64,000 nucleotides of DNA from Candidatus Zixiibacteriota bacterium (lineage in GTDB: Bacteria; RBG-13-66-14; B26-G2; WVWN01). The notes beneath the pieces were generated by a model. It made no database searches, was not told where the DNA came from, and was given only the letters and a program-made list of their open reading frames with translations. Shown here one piece after another: positions 19,469-28,549 of the stretch. A program made the translations under genes and the position numbers. How positions within the stretch are numbered: position 1 is the first letter of the stretch; each line of letters begins with the position of its first letter. Where the stretch lies: contig JASFLY010000010.1 of the NCBI GenBank assembly GCA_050117845.1, forward strand, positions 28,812 to 92,811. The letters run 5' to 3'.

Positions 19469-19756
19469 CTATTCCTCTTCGTCCAAAACCATTTCAATGG
19501 CTTTTTTGGGGCACTCGGCGGCGCAGATGCCGCAACCCTTGCAGTGCTCGTAGTCGAAGCCTGTCATTTCCTCGTTCTCGACGAGAACCGACGTGTCCGG
19601 ACAGAATATCCAGCACAGCAGGCAGTTGTTGCACAGGTCCTGGTTCACCACCGGTTTGTACGTGCGCCAGGAGCCGGTCTCGTATTCGTCGGCGTTGCCC
19701 GCGTCTTTTATAAGGCCGCCGAGGGGTACGTCTTTCCAGCCTTTCTTATCTTCCAT
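19469..19756 (-). CDS. porD: Pyruvate:ferredoxin oxidoreductase delta subunit (2x4Fe-4S)
   Basis: TGSWRTYKP, CNNCLLCWIFCPD, DYEHCKGCGICAAECP. Confidence 0.95.
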   Translation of the reverse strand: MEDKKGWKDVPLGGLIKDAGNADEYETGSWRTYKPVVNQDLCNNCLLCWIFCPDTSVLVENEEMTGFDYEHCKGCGICAAECPKKAIEMVLDEEE

Positions 19757-19778
19757 CTTGGATTTCGCCTCCCGGCGT

Positions 19779-20357
19779 TTATGCGGCGGCGCCGCGGACT
19801 TCGTCGTGCGCTTTTTTTATGGCGGCGACGTTGTCGTCGACTATCTTCTTGGACTTGGCGCCGAATTTCTTCTCGAAGGTTTTATTAACCCAGGGCAGCT
19901 CGACCGTGCCGATTATCTTTATAAGCGCGCCGATCATCGGCGAGTTGGGCATGTCGCGGCCCATGACGTCGAGCGATATCTGCCGGGCGTCCACGACGTA
20001 GACCTGATCCGGCTCGACGCCCAACTTGGCGGCGAGTTCGGCCGGGTCGTGCGCGGTATTAATGATAACCTTGCCGCCCGGCTTCAAGCCTTCCGCCACC
20101 GGGACGGTCCCCAGGAGAGTGGGGTCGAGGACCACTACCACGTCCGGCGACGTGATGAAGTTGTGCAGCGTGATGGGCGCGTCGCTCAAGCGCGTGAAGC
20201 CCTGTACGGGCGCGCCCGAGCGTTCGGGGCCGTAGTCCGAGAACCCCTGGATGAACTTCCCTCCCTCGAAGGCGGCCTCGGCGAACAGCATCGCGGCGGT
20301 TTTAACGCCCTGGCCGCCCCGGCCGTGCCACCGGATTTCGAGTATTTTTTCCGGCAA
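19779..20357 (-). CDS. porC: Pyruvate:ferredoxin oxidoreductase gamma subunit
   Basis: EIRWHGRGGQGVKTAA, YGPERSGAP, PDVVVVLDPTL, PNSPMIGA; TTG start after GAGGTG RBS. Confidence 0.95.
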   Translation of the reverse strand: MPEKILEIRWHGRGGQGVKTAAMLFAEAAFEGGKFIQGFSDYGPERSGAPVQGFTRLSDAPITLHNFITSPDVVVVLDPTLLGTVPVAEGLKPGGKVIINTAHDPAELAAKLGVEPDQVYVVDARQISLDVMGRDMPNSPMIGALIKIIGTVELPWVNKTFEKKFGAKSKKIVDDNVAAIKKAHDEVRGAAA

Positions 20358-20489
20358 TTTACATCACCTCTATTTGAGTTTGAGCGTCGCTGTGAATCGG
20401 TTCGGCAAGCCGTGCTTCGCAGCGATGAACGGAAGTATTATTGCGAGGTTTACTAATTTAAGCGTAGTGGATATTTTGAATATCCGACC

Positions 20490-20518
20490 ATTATAGCATA
20501 ACGGGGAGACCTATTAAA
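20490..20518 (-). promoter_or_regulatory. Promoter of the porCDAB operon
   Basis: Minus strand TTTAAT, 17-nt spacer, TATAAT with extended -10 TG; palindrome GGATATT-N3-AATATCC (20469-20485) at the predicted start site. Confidence 0.6.
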
Positions 20519-20573
20519 AGGTTTTTCGAAATTATGCCCGGCAGCGCCGCCGCGGCCCCCGGCCCGTTTTAGC

Positions 20574-20602
20574 TTGATAATTCCGGGTGAAACCTTTATA
20601 TT
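20574..20602 (+). promoter_or_regulatory. Sigma70-type promoter of the secreted propeller gene
   Basis: TTGATA, 17-nt spacer, TATATT; GAGGTGG RBS downstream. Confidence 0.55.
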
Positions 20603-20636
20603 AATTTGGTTACGAATATTATGAAGAGGTGGATAT

Positions 20637-21413
20637 ATGTTTTTCTATCGGATAGCTAGGTTAACGGCCCTCGCGGCCCTTGTATCGACCGCTTTCGCCG
20701 CGGCCGCGTTCGCTTATTTCGGCGACGTCGTCGCGTCCTTCTCCGCGCCGGCCGAGGGCCCCCAGGCCCTCGCGTACAATAACGGGAACCTCTATTGCTA
20801 CTGCGATTCCCAGGCCGGCCGCATCTGGCGGATAAACGCGGCCAACGGCAACGTGACCGGCTCCTTCGTCTTCGACAAGGCCGGGGCGTATCTCGGCGGC
20901 CTGGCCCACGACGGCGATTACCTCTGGGCCGGCAATACCGAGGAAAACCGCATATATCGGTTTGATTGGGGCGGCAGCGTCTTATCGTCATTCCAGGCCG
21001 GGTGGGATGTGGGCAACGGCCTGGCGTGGTCCGGCTGGCACATCTGGGGATGCGCCCAGGGTACGAAGTGGGATTATCGTTTCTTCCAGATGAGGTTCAC
21101 CGGCGGCGTTATCCGGAGCTACCAGACCTACTACGAGTCGTACGACGTCGCCTGGGACGGCAAGTATCTATGGATACCCCAGTACGACGATATCGCCACC
21201 TCTTACCTCGTCGCCGCCATGACGCCGACCGACGGCTCCGTCACGGGGATGTTGGAAAACCCTCCGGGCGATCAGCCTCGCGGAGCGACGTGTGAGGGTA
21301 ACTACATATGGTTGAGTACGCTGGCCGACGGCGGTTACCTGTGGAAAATCGACATCAAAGGCCTGGCCGTAGAGCCGACGTCGATGGGTAAGGTCAAGGC
21401 GCTGTTCCGGTAG
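20637..21413 (+). CDS. Secreted beta-propeller protein (glutamine cyclotransferase/YncE-like repeats) with conserved C-terminal tag
   Basis: Sec signal ending AAAAFA; repeats GLAHDGDYLW, GLAWSGWHIW, DVAWDGKYLW, GATCEGNYIW; ends AVEPTSMGKVKALFR. Confidence 0.8.
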   Translation: MFFYRIARLTALAALVSTAFAAAAFAYFGDVVASFSAPAEGPQALAYNNGNLYCYCDSQAGRIWRINAANGNVTGSFVFDKAGAYLGGLAHDGDYLWAGNTEENRIYRFDWGGSVLSSFQAGWDVGNGLAWSGWHIWGCAQGTKWDYRFFQMRFTGGVIRSYQTYYESYDVAWDGKYLWIPQYDDIATSYLVAAMTPTDGSVTGMLENPPGDQPRGATCEGNYIWLSTLADGGYLWKIDIKGLAVEPTSMGKVKALFR

Positions 21414-21432
21414 CGCGTCACCAGGCGAATTT

Positions 21433-21461
21433 AAAGCCGGGCCTCGGGGCCCGGCTTTTTT
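21433..21461. terminator. Intrinsic terminator between convergent genes
   Basis: AAAGCCGGGCC-TCGG-GGCCCGGCTTT followed by further Ts. Confidence 0.82.
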
Positions 21462-21484
21462 CGTGCGCAGGATTCTCGCCGGCC

Positions 21485-22090
21485 TCAATCCTCAATTTCG
21501 CGGCGGCCGGCGATGGCCTTGGCCAGCGTCACCTCGTCGGCGAAGTCGAGGTCGCCGCCGACCGGCAGGCCGCGGGCGATACGCGTCACCTTGACGTCCA
21601 AGGGCGAGAGGAGTTTCGCGATGTAGTAGGCGGTGGTGTCGCCCTCCACGTCGGGGTCCGTGGCCACGATGACTTCGGCCACGTGTTCGGCCTGGACGCG
21701 GTGCACCAGCTCCGCCATCCGCAGCTGGTCCGGCCCCACGTCGTCCAGCGGGGAAATGACGCCCATCAGGACGTGATATAGGCCGTTGAACTCCCCGGTC
21801 CGTTCAATAAGGGCGATGTCGGCCGGCTCTTCGACGACGCACACCAGCCGGCCGTTGCGCGTTTCGTCCTCGCATACGGGGCAGAGTTCGGCCTCGGCCA
21901 GGTTCCCGCAGCGCGCACACGGCTTGACCCGGAAAGTGATTTCCCCGAGAAGCGTCGACAGATTCGCGACGTATTCCTCCGGGGCCTTCAATATGAAGTA
22001 CGTCAGCCGCTGGGCCGTTTTCCGGCCTATGCCCGGCATCTTCGTGAGTTCATTTATGAGTCGTTCGATGAGTCGGCTTTGGTTCGTCAT
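21485..22090 (-). CDS. recR: Recombination mediator RecR
   Basis: MPGIGRKTAQRL (HhH), CARCGN...CPVC zinc finger, CVVEEP, YHVLMG, EVIVATDPDVEGDTTA, TRIARGLPVGGDLDFAD. Confidence 0.97.
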   Translation of the reverse strand: MTNQSRLIERLINELTKMPGIGRKTAQRLTYFILKAPEEYVANLSTLLGEITFRVKPCARCGNLAEAELCPVCEDETRNGRLVCVVEEPADIALIERTGEFNGLYHVLMGVISPLDDVGPDQLRMAELVHRVQAEHVAEVIVATDPDVEGDTTAYYIAKLLSPLDVKVTRIARGLPVGGDLDFADEVTLAKAIAGRREIED

Positions 22091-22167
22091 TGAGGCTCCC
22101 GGCGCTGAAACGTTGGCGCAATGGTAGTATAGTTGCGGGCCGAAGTAAAGGGCCGCTCGCCCAAAGG

Positions 22168-22191
22168 AAAGGGCGGCCGGAAGGCCGCCCT
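22168..22191 (-). terminator. Intrinsic terminator after the lipoprotein gene
   Basis: AGGGCGGCC-GGAA-GGCCGCCCT hairpin with a short U-run on the minus strand. Confidence 0.6.
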
Positions 22192-22212
22192 GATAATCGT
22201 CGTTGCTTTAGC

Positions 22213-22992
22213 CTAGCCGGCTGATCCCGCCGGAGGCTCCGTGCCGGCCGGTTTCGCCGCCGCGGGCTTCTTCTTCTTTTTGCCGAGAAGTACGATGATA
22301 ACGATGATGACGACGACTACGATGATAATGCAAAGGATGATGCCGATAATAACCGCGACTTTGCTGCCGCCGCCGGCCGCTCCCGCCTTATACGTGACCG
22401 TCATCTCGGTATCGGTGTTGATAAGCTTGTCGAGCGTGTATTCCCAGGCAACCGTATTCCCGGTGATTTCGCCGTTGCTTTCGACGATCTCGCCGGGGCA
22501 ATTCAGCTTATAGGTGAATTTATAATCGGTTAACTGCGACGGGTCTTCGACGTCCATCGTGAGCTGGACGAGTTGCTTGAAGGTGACCGCGTCGCCCGCT
22601 ACGTCCATCGAGAAAGTCTGAGTAAGTTCCCCGCCTTTAAGCGCGAAAACGCCGTACCCGTTAAGGTCGCCCACGCTCTCAAAATCGATGTAATAGCTGG
22701 CTTCCGGTACGCCGGAATCCGTTTCGCCGACCGTGATGTCGCGGACGGTCAGATTCGACCCCTCGTACTCCGCCATAATTTCTTCTTCGGTGAAGGAGAG
22801 TTCGGGCGCGCCGCTGACGTCCATGCTGCCTTCGCCTTCCTCACCGGTGGAACCGCCGGTCCGGTCGTAACGGACGTAAATCGTCCCGGAGCCGTCCGGC
22901 TTAAGCGTCAACTCCTGGTCGTAATTGATACAGCCGGCGACGATAATAAGGCCGATGGCCAACGCCGCGAGGCCGATAAGTTTAGACCGCAT
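22213..22992 (-). CDS. LppM-like lipoprotein with an additional C-terminal TM helix
   Basis: Lipobox VAGC; INYDQELTLKPDGSG, PGEIVESNGEITGNTVAWE; C-terminal GGGS, hydrophobic helix, KKKKK. Confidence 0.75.
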   Translation of the reverse strand: MRSKLIGLAALAIGLIIVAGCINYDQELTLKPDGSGTIYVRYDRTGGSTGEEGEGSMDVSGAPELSFTEEEIMAEYEGSNLTVRDITVGETDSGVPEASYYIDFESVGDLNGYGVFALKGGELTQTFSMDVAGDAVTFKQLVQLTMDVEDPSQLTDYKFTYKLNCPGEIVESNGEITGNTVAWEYTLDKLINTDTEMTVTYKAGAAGGGSKVAVIIGIILCIIIVVVVIIVIIVLLGKKKKKPAAAKPAGTEPPAGSAG

Positions 22993-23085
22993 AGAGTTTC
23001 CTCCTAAATTAAATTAATAAATACGGGTTAACGACGAGCATTCCCCTTGCGGGATTTCATAAAACATTAGCTCGCGTAGTTTAGG

Positions 23086-23114
23086 ATTCTAACAACATAC
23101 TACGTCGAAGTCAA
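23086..23114 (-). promoter_or_regulatory. Sigma70-type promoter of 22213..22992
   Basis: Minus strand TTGACT, 17-nt spacer, TAGAAT. Confidence 0.65.
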
Positions 23115-23145
23115 CCGGAATTTCTTGCGTTTATTTTGGGCCGAA

Positions 23146-23799
23146 TTACCTTTCGGCCGTGGCCGACATGACGGTTTTTTCCGCGCTCGCGAAGTCGTAC
23201 AGGGGCCATTCCCACGTTACCGTCCGGCCGTCCTCGCCCACGGTCCCGTTCGTCTCCGTTATTTTGCCGGGCATTTCGACCGAATATGTAAAAGTGTATC
23301 CCTCGAAGAGCGCCCGGGCCAACTCCTTGCTCTCGGGCGTCACTTCCTTCGGATCTTCTTCGTGCTCGTTTATTATTGTCTGTAAGAAAACGTATTTGCC
23401 GTCTTTTTCCTCGAACGACATTTCCTGGTTCTCGAACGCGCCCGTGCCGTTCAGCGTTCCTATCTTGTCGAAGGACAGGACGAGGTGGGAGTGGGTTTGC
23501 CGCTCGTCGCCTTCGCCCTCGACTTTCTCCCATTGATCCTCGATCGTTACGCCTTCCACGCCCTCGAACGGCGCGCCCAGGTCTCCGGTAAGGGAGTCGG
23601 CCGCCGTGGTCGGGGCCTCGGCTTCGGGGTCGGTGCCCTGGCCGCCCGTCGGCTCGTCGTCGAAGTAAAACATCCACGTATCTATCGTCAACGTGCCGGA
23701 GCCGTCGGCCTCGAACTTCGTATTTTGCTGATACGAAATGCAGCCGGCGACGACCGCCAGCGCGGCGCAAACGGCGATTATAGAGAAAAAACGCTGCAT
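23146..23799 (-). CDS. LppM-like lipoprotein (paralogue 2)
   Basis: Lipobox VAGC; ISYQQNTKFEADGSG, LNGTGAFENQE, ELARALF, MPGKITETNGTVGEDGRTVTW. Confidence 0.78.
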   Translation of the reverse strand: MQRFFSIIAVCAALAVVAGCISYQQNTKFEADGSGTLTIDTWMFYFDDEPTGGQGTDPEAEAPTTAADSLTGDLGAPFEGVEGVTIEDQWEKVEGEGDERQTHSHLVLSFDKIGTLNGTGAFENQEMSFEEKDGKYVFLQTIINEHEEDPKEVTPESKELARALFEGYTFTYSVEMPGKITETNGTVGEDGRTVTWEWPLYDFASAEKTVMSATAER

Positions 23800-23916
23800 G
23801 ACTAACCTCGCTTAATTTAAACTAAAATGATTCCTTCGGCGTTCAATTTGGGTCGGCGGCAATATCGGCTCGTTATGCTTTGCCGGACGAACCCGGCCTC
23901 GGATCGACGCCGCGCG

Positions 23917-24579
23917 CTATTCGGCCCGCGACACGGCCGTCAGTTCGATATAACCCAGTTTCATGAAGATCACGTCCGCCGTCGGGATTTTCCACGTAAC
24001 CGTCCGGCCGTCTTCGCCCACGATCCCGTCGCTGTCGGCGACCACGCCCGGCATGACGACCGAAAAAGTAAAGGCGTAATCTCGGAAGAGGGCCCGGGCG
24101 AGCTCTTCGTCCTCCTTAGCGGTCTTCTTGTCCTCGTCGCCGAGCTCGTTTCGGATAGTCTGCTTGAACGTGAACTTGTCGCCTTTTTTCGAGAACGTCA
24201 ATTCCTGATTATAAAACGCGCCGTGGCCGTTCAGCCTTTCGACGTTGTCGAAAGCCAGGACGACGTGGGTATGTTCGCGGCGCTCCTTCCGTTCCCCCTC
24301 TATCTTGGACCAGTGTTCCTCGATGGTAACGCCGTCCACGTCGGCGAAGGCGGGGCCCAATTCCTTGCTGAACCGGGCGTTCAACTTTCCGGCGTCGTCC
24401 GAGCTGCCTTGCCCGCCGGCCGAGGTTCCGGCCTCGTCGTCGGAGTAGGGGACCCAACTATCTATTGCGATGCGGCCTGAACCGTCCTCCTCGAAAGTGA
24501 TATGATGCTCGTACGAGATGCAGCCCCCGGCCGCCAGCAAACAGCCGAGCAGTACCGCCGCGTATATCGTACGTCGCAT
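23917..24579 (-). CDS. LppM-like lipoprotein (paralogue 3)
   Basis: Lipobox AGGC; ISYEHHITFEEDGSG, LNGHGAFYNQE, ELARALF, MPGVVADSDGIVGEDGRTVTW. Confidence 0.78.
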   Translation of the reverse strand: MRRTIYAAVLLGCLLAAGGCISYEHHITFEEDGSGRIAIDSWVPYSDDEAGTSAGGQGSSDDAGKLNARFSKELGPAFADVDGVTIEEHWSKIEGERKERREHTHVVLAFDNVERLNGHGAFYNQELTFSKKGDKFTFKQTIRNELGDEDKKTAKEDEELARALFRDYAFTFSVVMPGVVADSDGIVGEDGRTVTWKIPTADVIFMKLGYIELTAVSRAE

Positions 24580-24588
24580 ATTACGTCT

Positions 24589-25755
24589 CTACGCGTTCTC
24601 CAACGCTTGCGCCAGATCGGCGATTATATCCTCCGCGTCCTCCAGGCCGGCCGAAATCCGGATGAATCCCGGCCCCATGCCCGCTCCCGCGGCCCGCTCC
24701 GCGTCGAAGACGCCGTGGGTGACGCCCGGCGGGTGCTGCACCAGCGTCAGCGTGTCGCCGAGGCTCACGGCGAAGACGCACAGCTCGAGCGCCCCCAGGA
24801 ATCGTTCCGCCGCCTCGCCGTCCGCCAACTCGAACGCCACGATGCCGCCGAAGTCGCGCATCTGCCGCCGCGCGAGTTCGTGCCCCGGGTGCTCCGGCAG
24901 GCCGGGGTAGTAAACCCGCGTCACCTTGTCGTGGGCCGCCAGGAATTCCGCGATGGCGCGGGCGTTGGCGCAGTGCCGGTCCATCCGGAGCGGCAGCGTC
25001 TTGAGGCCCCGGCCGAACTGGTACGCCGACGCCGGCGACGGCGCGACGCCGAGGTCCTTGTATATGCCCTTGCGGATTTCGGCCAACCGGTCCGCCGGCC
25101 CCGCCAGAGCGCCGCCCACGACGTCGTGGCCGCCGAAGTACTTCGTCGCGGAATGGAGGGAGAAGGTGGCGCCGAGTTCGATGGGCCGCTGGAGGTAGGG
25201 CGTGGCGAAGGTGTTGTCGAAGGCGACGGGCACGTCCCCGGCCGCCCGCGACGTGGCCTCTATGTCGACGATGTTGAGCAGGGGATTGGAGGGCGTCTCG
25301 AGGTAGACCATTTTGGTTTCGGGGCGGATAGCCGCCGCGACGGCCTCCGCCGTCGGCTCCTCGACGTAGCTTATGTCGACGCCGAAGCGGGGCAGTTGTC
25401 CCGCGAAGAAGATGGCGGTCCCTCCGTAGAGCTGGCGCTGGGTGACGATATGGTCGCCGGCGCCGACGTGCGCGAGTACCAGCGTCGAAATGGCGGCCAT
25501 GCCGGACCCGAAGGCCAGGCCGGCCTCGGCCCCCTCCAGCTCCGCCACGTCCCGCTCGAACGCGGCGGTCGTGGGGTTGGCGAACCGGCTGTAGAAATAA
25601 TCGTCCGTTTCGCCCGCGACCACCGCCCGCCCTCGCTCGCCCGGGGGAAAGGAAAACGAGGCGGTCTGGTAAATGGGCACGGATAAAGCGCCCGTTTCCT
25701 TATCGACGGGCGCGGTGCCGCGCACGGCGCGGGTGTGGAATCCTCGGCGTTTCAT
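24589..25755 (-). CDS. PLP-dependent trans-sulfuration enzyme (methionine gamma-lyase / cystathionine gamma-synthase family)
   Basis: PIYQTASF, YSRFANPT, FGSGMAAI, LYGGT, ETPSNP, DNTFATP, HSATKYFGGH (PLP lysine), AVSLG, IRISAGLE. Confidence 0.93.
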   Translation of the reverse strand: MKRRGFHTRAVRGTAPVDKETGALSVPIYQTASFSFPPGERGRAVVAGETDDYFYSRFANPTTAAFERDVAELEGAEAGLAFGSGMAAISTLVLAHVGAGDHIVTQRQLYGGTAIFFAGQLPRFGVDISYVEEPTAEAVAAAIRPETKMVYLETPSNPLLNIVDIEATSRAAGDVPVAFDNTFATPYLQRPIELGATFSLHSATKYFGGHDVVGGALAGPADRLAEIRKGIYKDLGVAPSPASAYQFGRGLKTLPLRMDRHCANARAIAEFLAAHDKVTRVYYPGLPEHPGHELARRQMRDFGGIVAFELADGEAAERFLGALELCVFAVSLGDTLTLVQHPPGVTHGVFDAERAAGAGMGPGFIRISAGLEDAEDIIADLAQALENA

Positions 25756-25814
25756 ATATCGGGGCGTAACTCGCCGTAAAGGCTTACTCCAGGGAGCGAA
25801 GCGTCGACCCCGGC

Positions 25815-25843
25815 ATTATAGGCGTGCCGCCGGACGCTGTCAA
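25815..25843 (-). promoter_or_regulatory. Perfect consensus sigma70 promoter for the trans-sulfuration gene
   Basis: Minus strand TTGACA, 17-nt spacer, TATAAT. Confidence 0.8.
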
Positions 25844-25865
25844 GCTCATTGTACGGATGCCTTAT

Positions 25866-26456
25866 TTATAAATAATACCGGGCCAGGAGGACGCCGAGCG
25901 TCGTCGGCTCCAGGCAGCCGCACTCCCGGCTGCGGTCGTACCACGCCGTCAGCGTCCAGCTCCCCGGTTCCGGCGCGCCGAATTCGTAGTCGCACACGCC
26001 GTCGTCGATAAGAAAGCCGTCGTTCGGCGTCACCATTACCGTGAGCGAGAGTGCGACCGTGTAGGCGTAATAAGTCTGTTCACCCGCGCCGGGCGAGCCG
26101 ATGGAGTTCCAGCCGTTGTCGAGGGAGAGTTCGTAAGTTTGCGAGAAGAGATTCCCGGCGGCCTGCAGGAAGGCCGCGCGGTCCCACGAAGTCGGGATGG
26201 TGTATCCGTTGACGGTAGTGCCGACGTCGGCGGGATCGAAGTGGAAGGCGAAGTCGTTCGAAAGCGCCGCGGCGAGGAGCCGGGCGTCGGAGCGGTTGAA
26301 GGAGAGTTCGACGTTGGCCAGTACGAACGCCGGTTCGGTCGGCTCGTACGTCTCCGGGCCGGCCGGCGTTTCCTCGTCGCCGTCGCACCCGGCGAGGACC
26401 GCCAGGCCGACGAGGACGGCGAGTAAGTACGTCCCCTTCGGGTCGGGCCGTTTCAT
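25866..26456 (-). CDS. Hypothetical lipoprotein (possible NTF2/SnoaL-like fold)
   Basis: Lipobox LAGC; DFAFHFDPADVG...GYTIPTSWDRAAFL; paralogue of the adjacent gene. Confidence 0.75.
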   Translation of the reverse strand: MKRPDPKGTYLLAVLVGLAVLAGCDGDEETPAGPETYEPTEPAFVLANVELSFNRSDARLLAAALSNDFAFHFDPADVGTTVNGYTIPTSWDRAAFLQAAGNLFSQTYELSLDNGWNSIGSPGAGEQTYYAYTVALSLTVMVTPNDGFLIDDGVCDYEFGAPEPGSWTLTAWYDRSRECGCLEPTTLGVLLARYYL

Positions 26457-26492
26457 CGCTATCTTACCCCCACAAATAAAAAAGCCGGCGGC

Positions 26493-27092
26493 CTAACGGT
26501 AAATGCAGAGAGACGTTCCGAAGGCGGTATACGTGCCCTCGGCCTCGGAACTCGTTCGGTCCCACCAGCCGGAAAGGTGCCACGTATTATTGTCGTCCTT
26601 CTCGAACGCGAAGTCGAAAAGGCCGCCCTTGACGATATAATCGGTGTGCTTATCCGTTTTGAGGATGAAGTCCACCTGGATATTCTCGACGTAGAATTCC
26701 GTGGCCCCCGTTTCCGGCGTCCCGATCCAATCCCACGATACCGCGAGCGTTATCTTGTAGGCCTGCTCCATCGCGTTGCGGCTCGCCGACAGGAAGGCCG
26801 CGCGGTCCCACGATTCCGGGATGACGTAGCCGCCGCCCCCGGGCGCTTCCTGTCCCACGTCGTTCGGGTCGAAATAGAATATAAAATTATCGGCCAGGGC
26901 CTTGTTCAGATGCGTGGCGTCGCGTTCGTCGAATCCCTGTTCGGCCATCGCGACCGCGTACTTGGGTTGCGAAAGGCCGTAGAGTTTCGTCGGCGGTACG
27001 TATTCGCCCTCGAACAACTCGCAACCGACGCCGCCGAAGACGACGAACAGACAGGCCGCCAGCCCCGTTAATACCCGTTGTGTGTGTTTCAC
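26493..27092 (-). CDS. Hypothetical lipoprotein (paralogue of 25866..26456)
   Basis: Lipobox GVGC; NFIFYFDPNDVG...GYVIPESWDRAAFL, WHLSGWWDR. Confidence 0.75.
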   Translation of the reverse strand: MKHTQRVLTGLAACLFVVFGGVGCELFEGEYVPPTKLYGLSQPKYAVAMAEQGFDERDATHLNKALADNFIFYFDPNDVGQEAPGGGGYVIPESWDRAAFLSASRNAMEQAYKITLAVSWDWIGTPETGATEFYVENIQVDFILKTDKHTDYIVKGGLFDFAFEKDDNNTWHLSGWWDRTSSEAEGTYTAFGTSLCIYR

Positions 27093-27116
27093 GTCGTTTC
27101 CTCCGTATTACTTATC

Positions 27117-28547
<1,431 letters not shown>

Positions 28548-28549
28548 AA

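Noticed and set aside
25756..25814. SAM riboswitch upstream of the trans-sulfuration enzyme
   Set aside because: The leader after the consensus promoter is about 50 nt and lacks the SAM-I core (AUC..GAG, GCAACC, GUGC) or SAM-II features.
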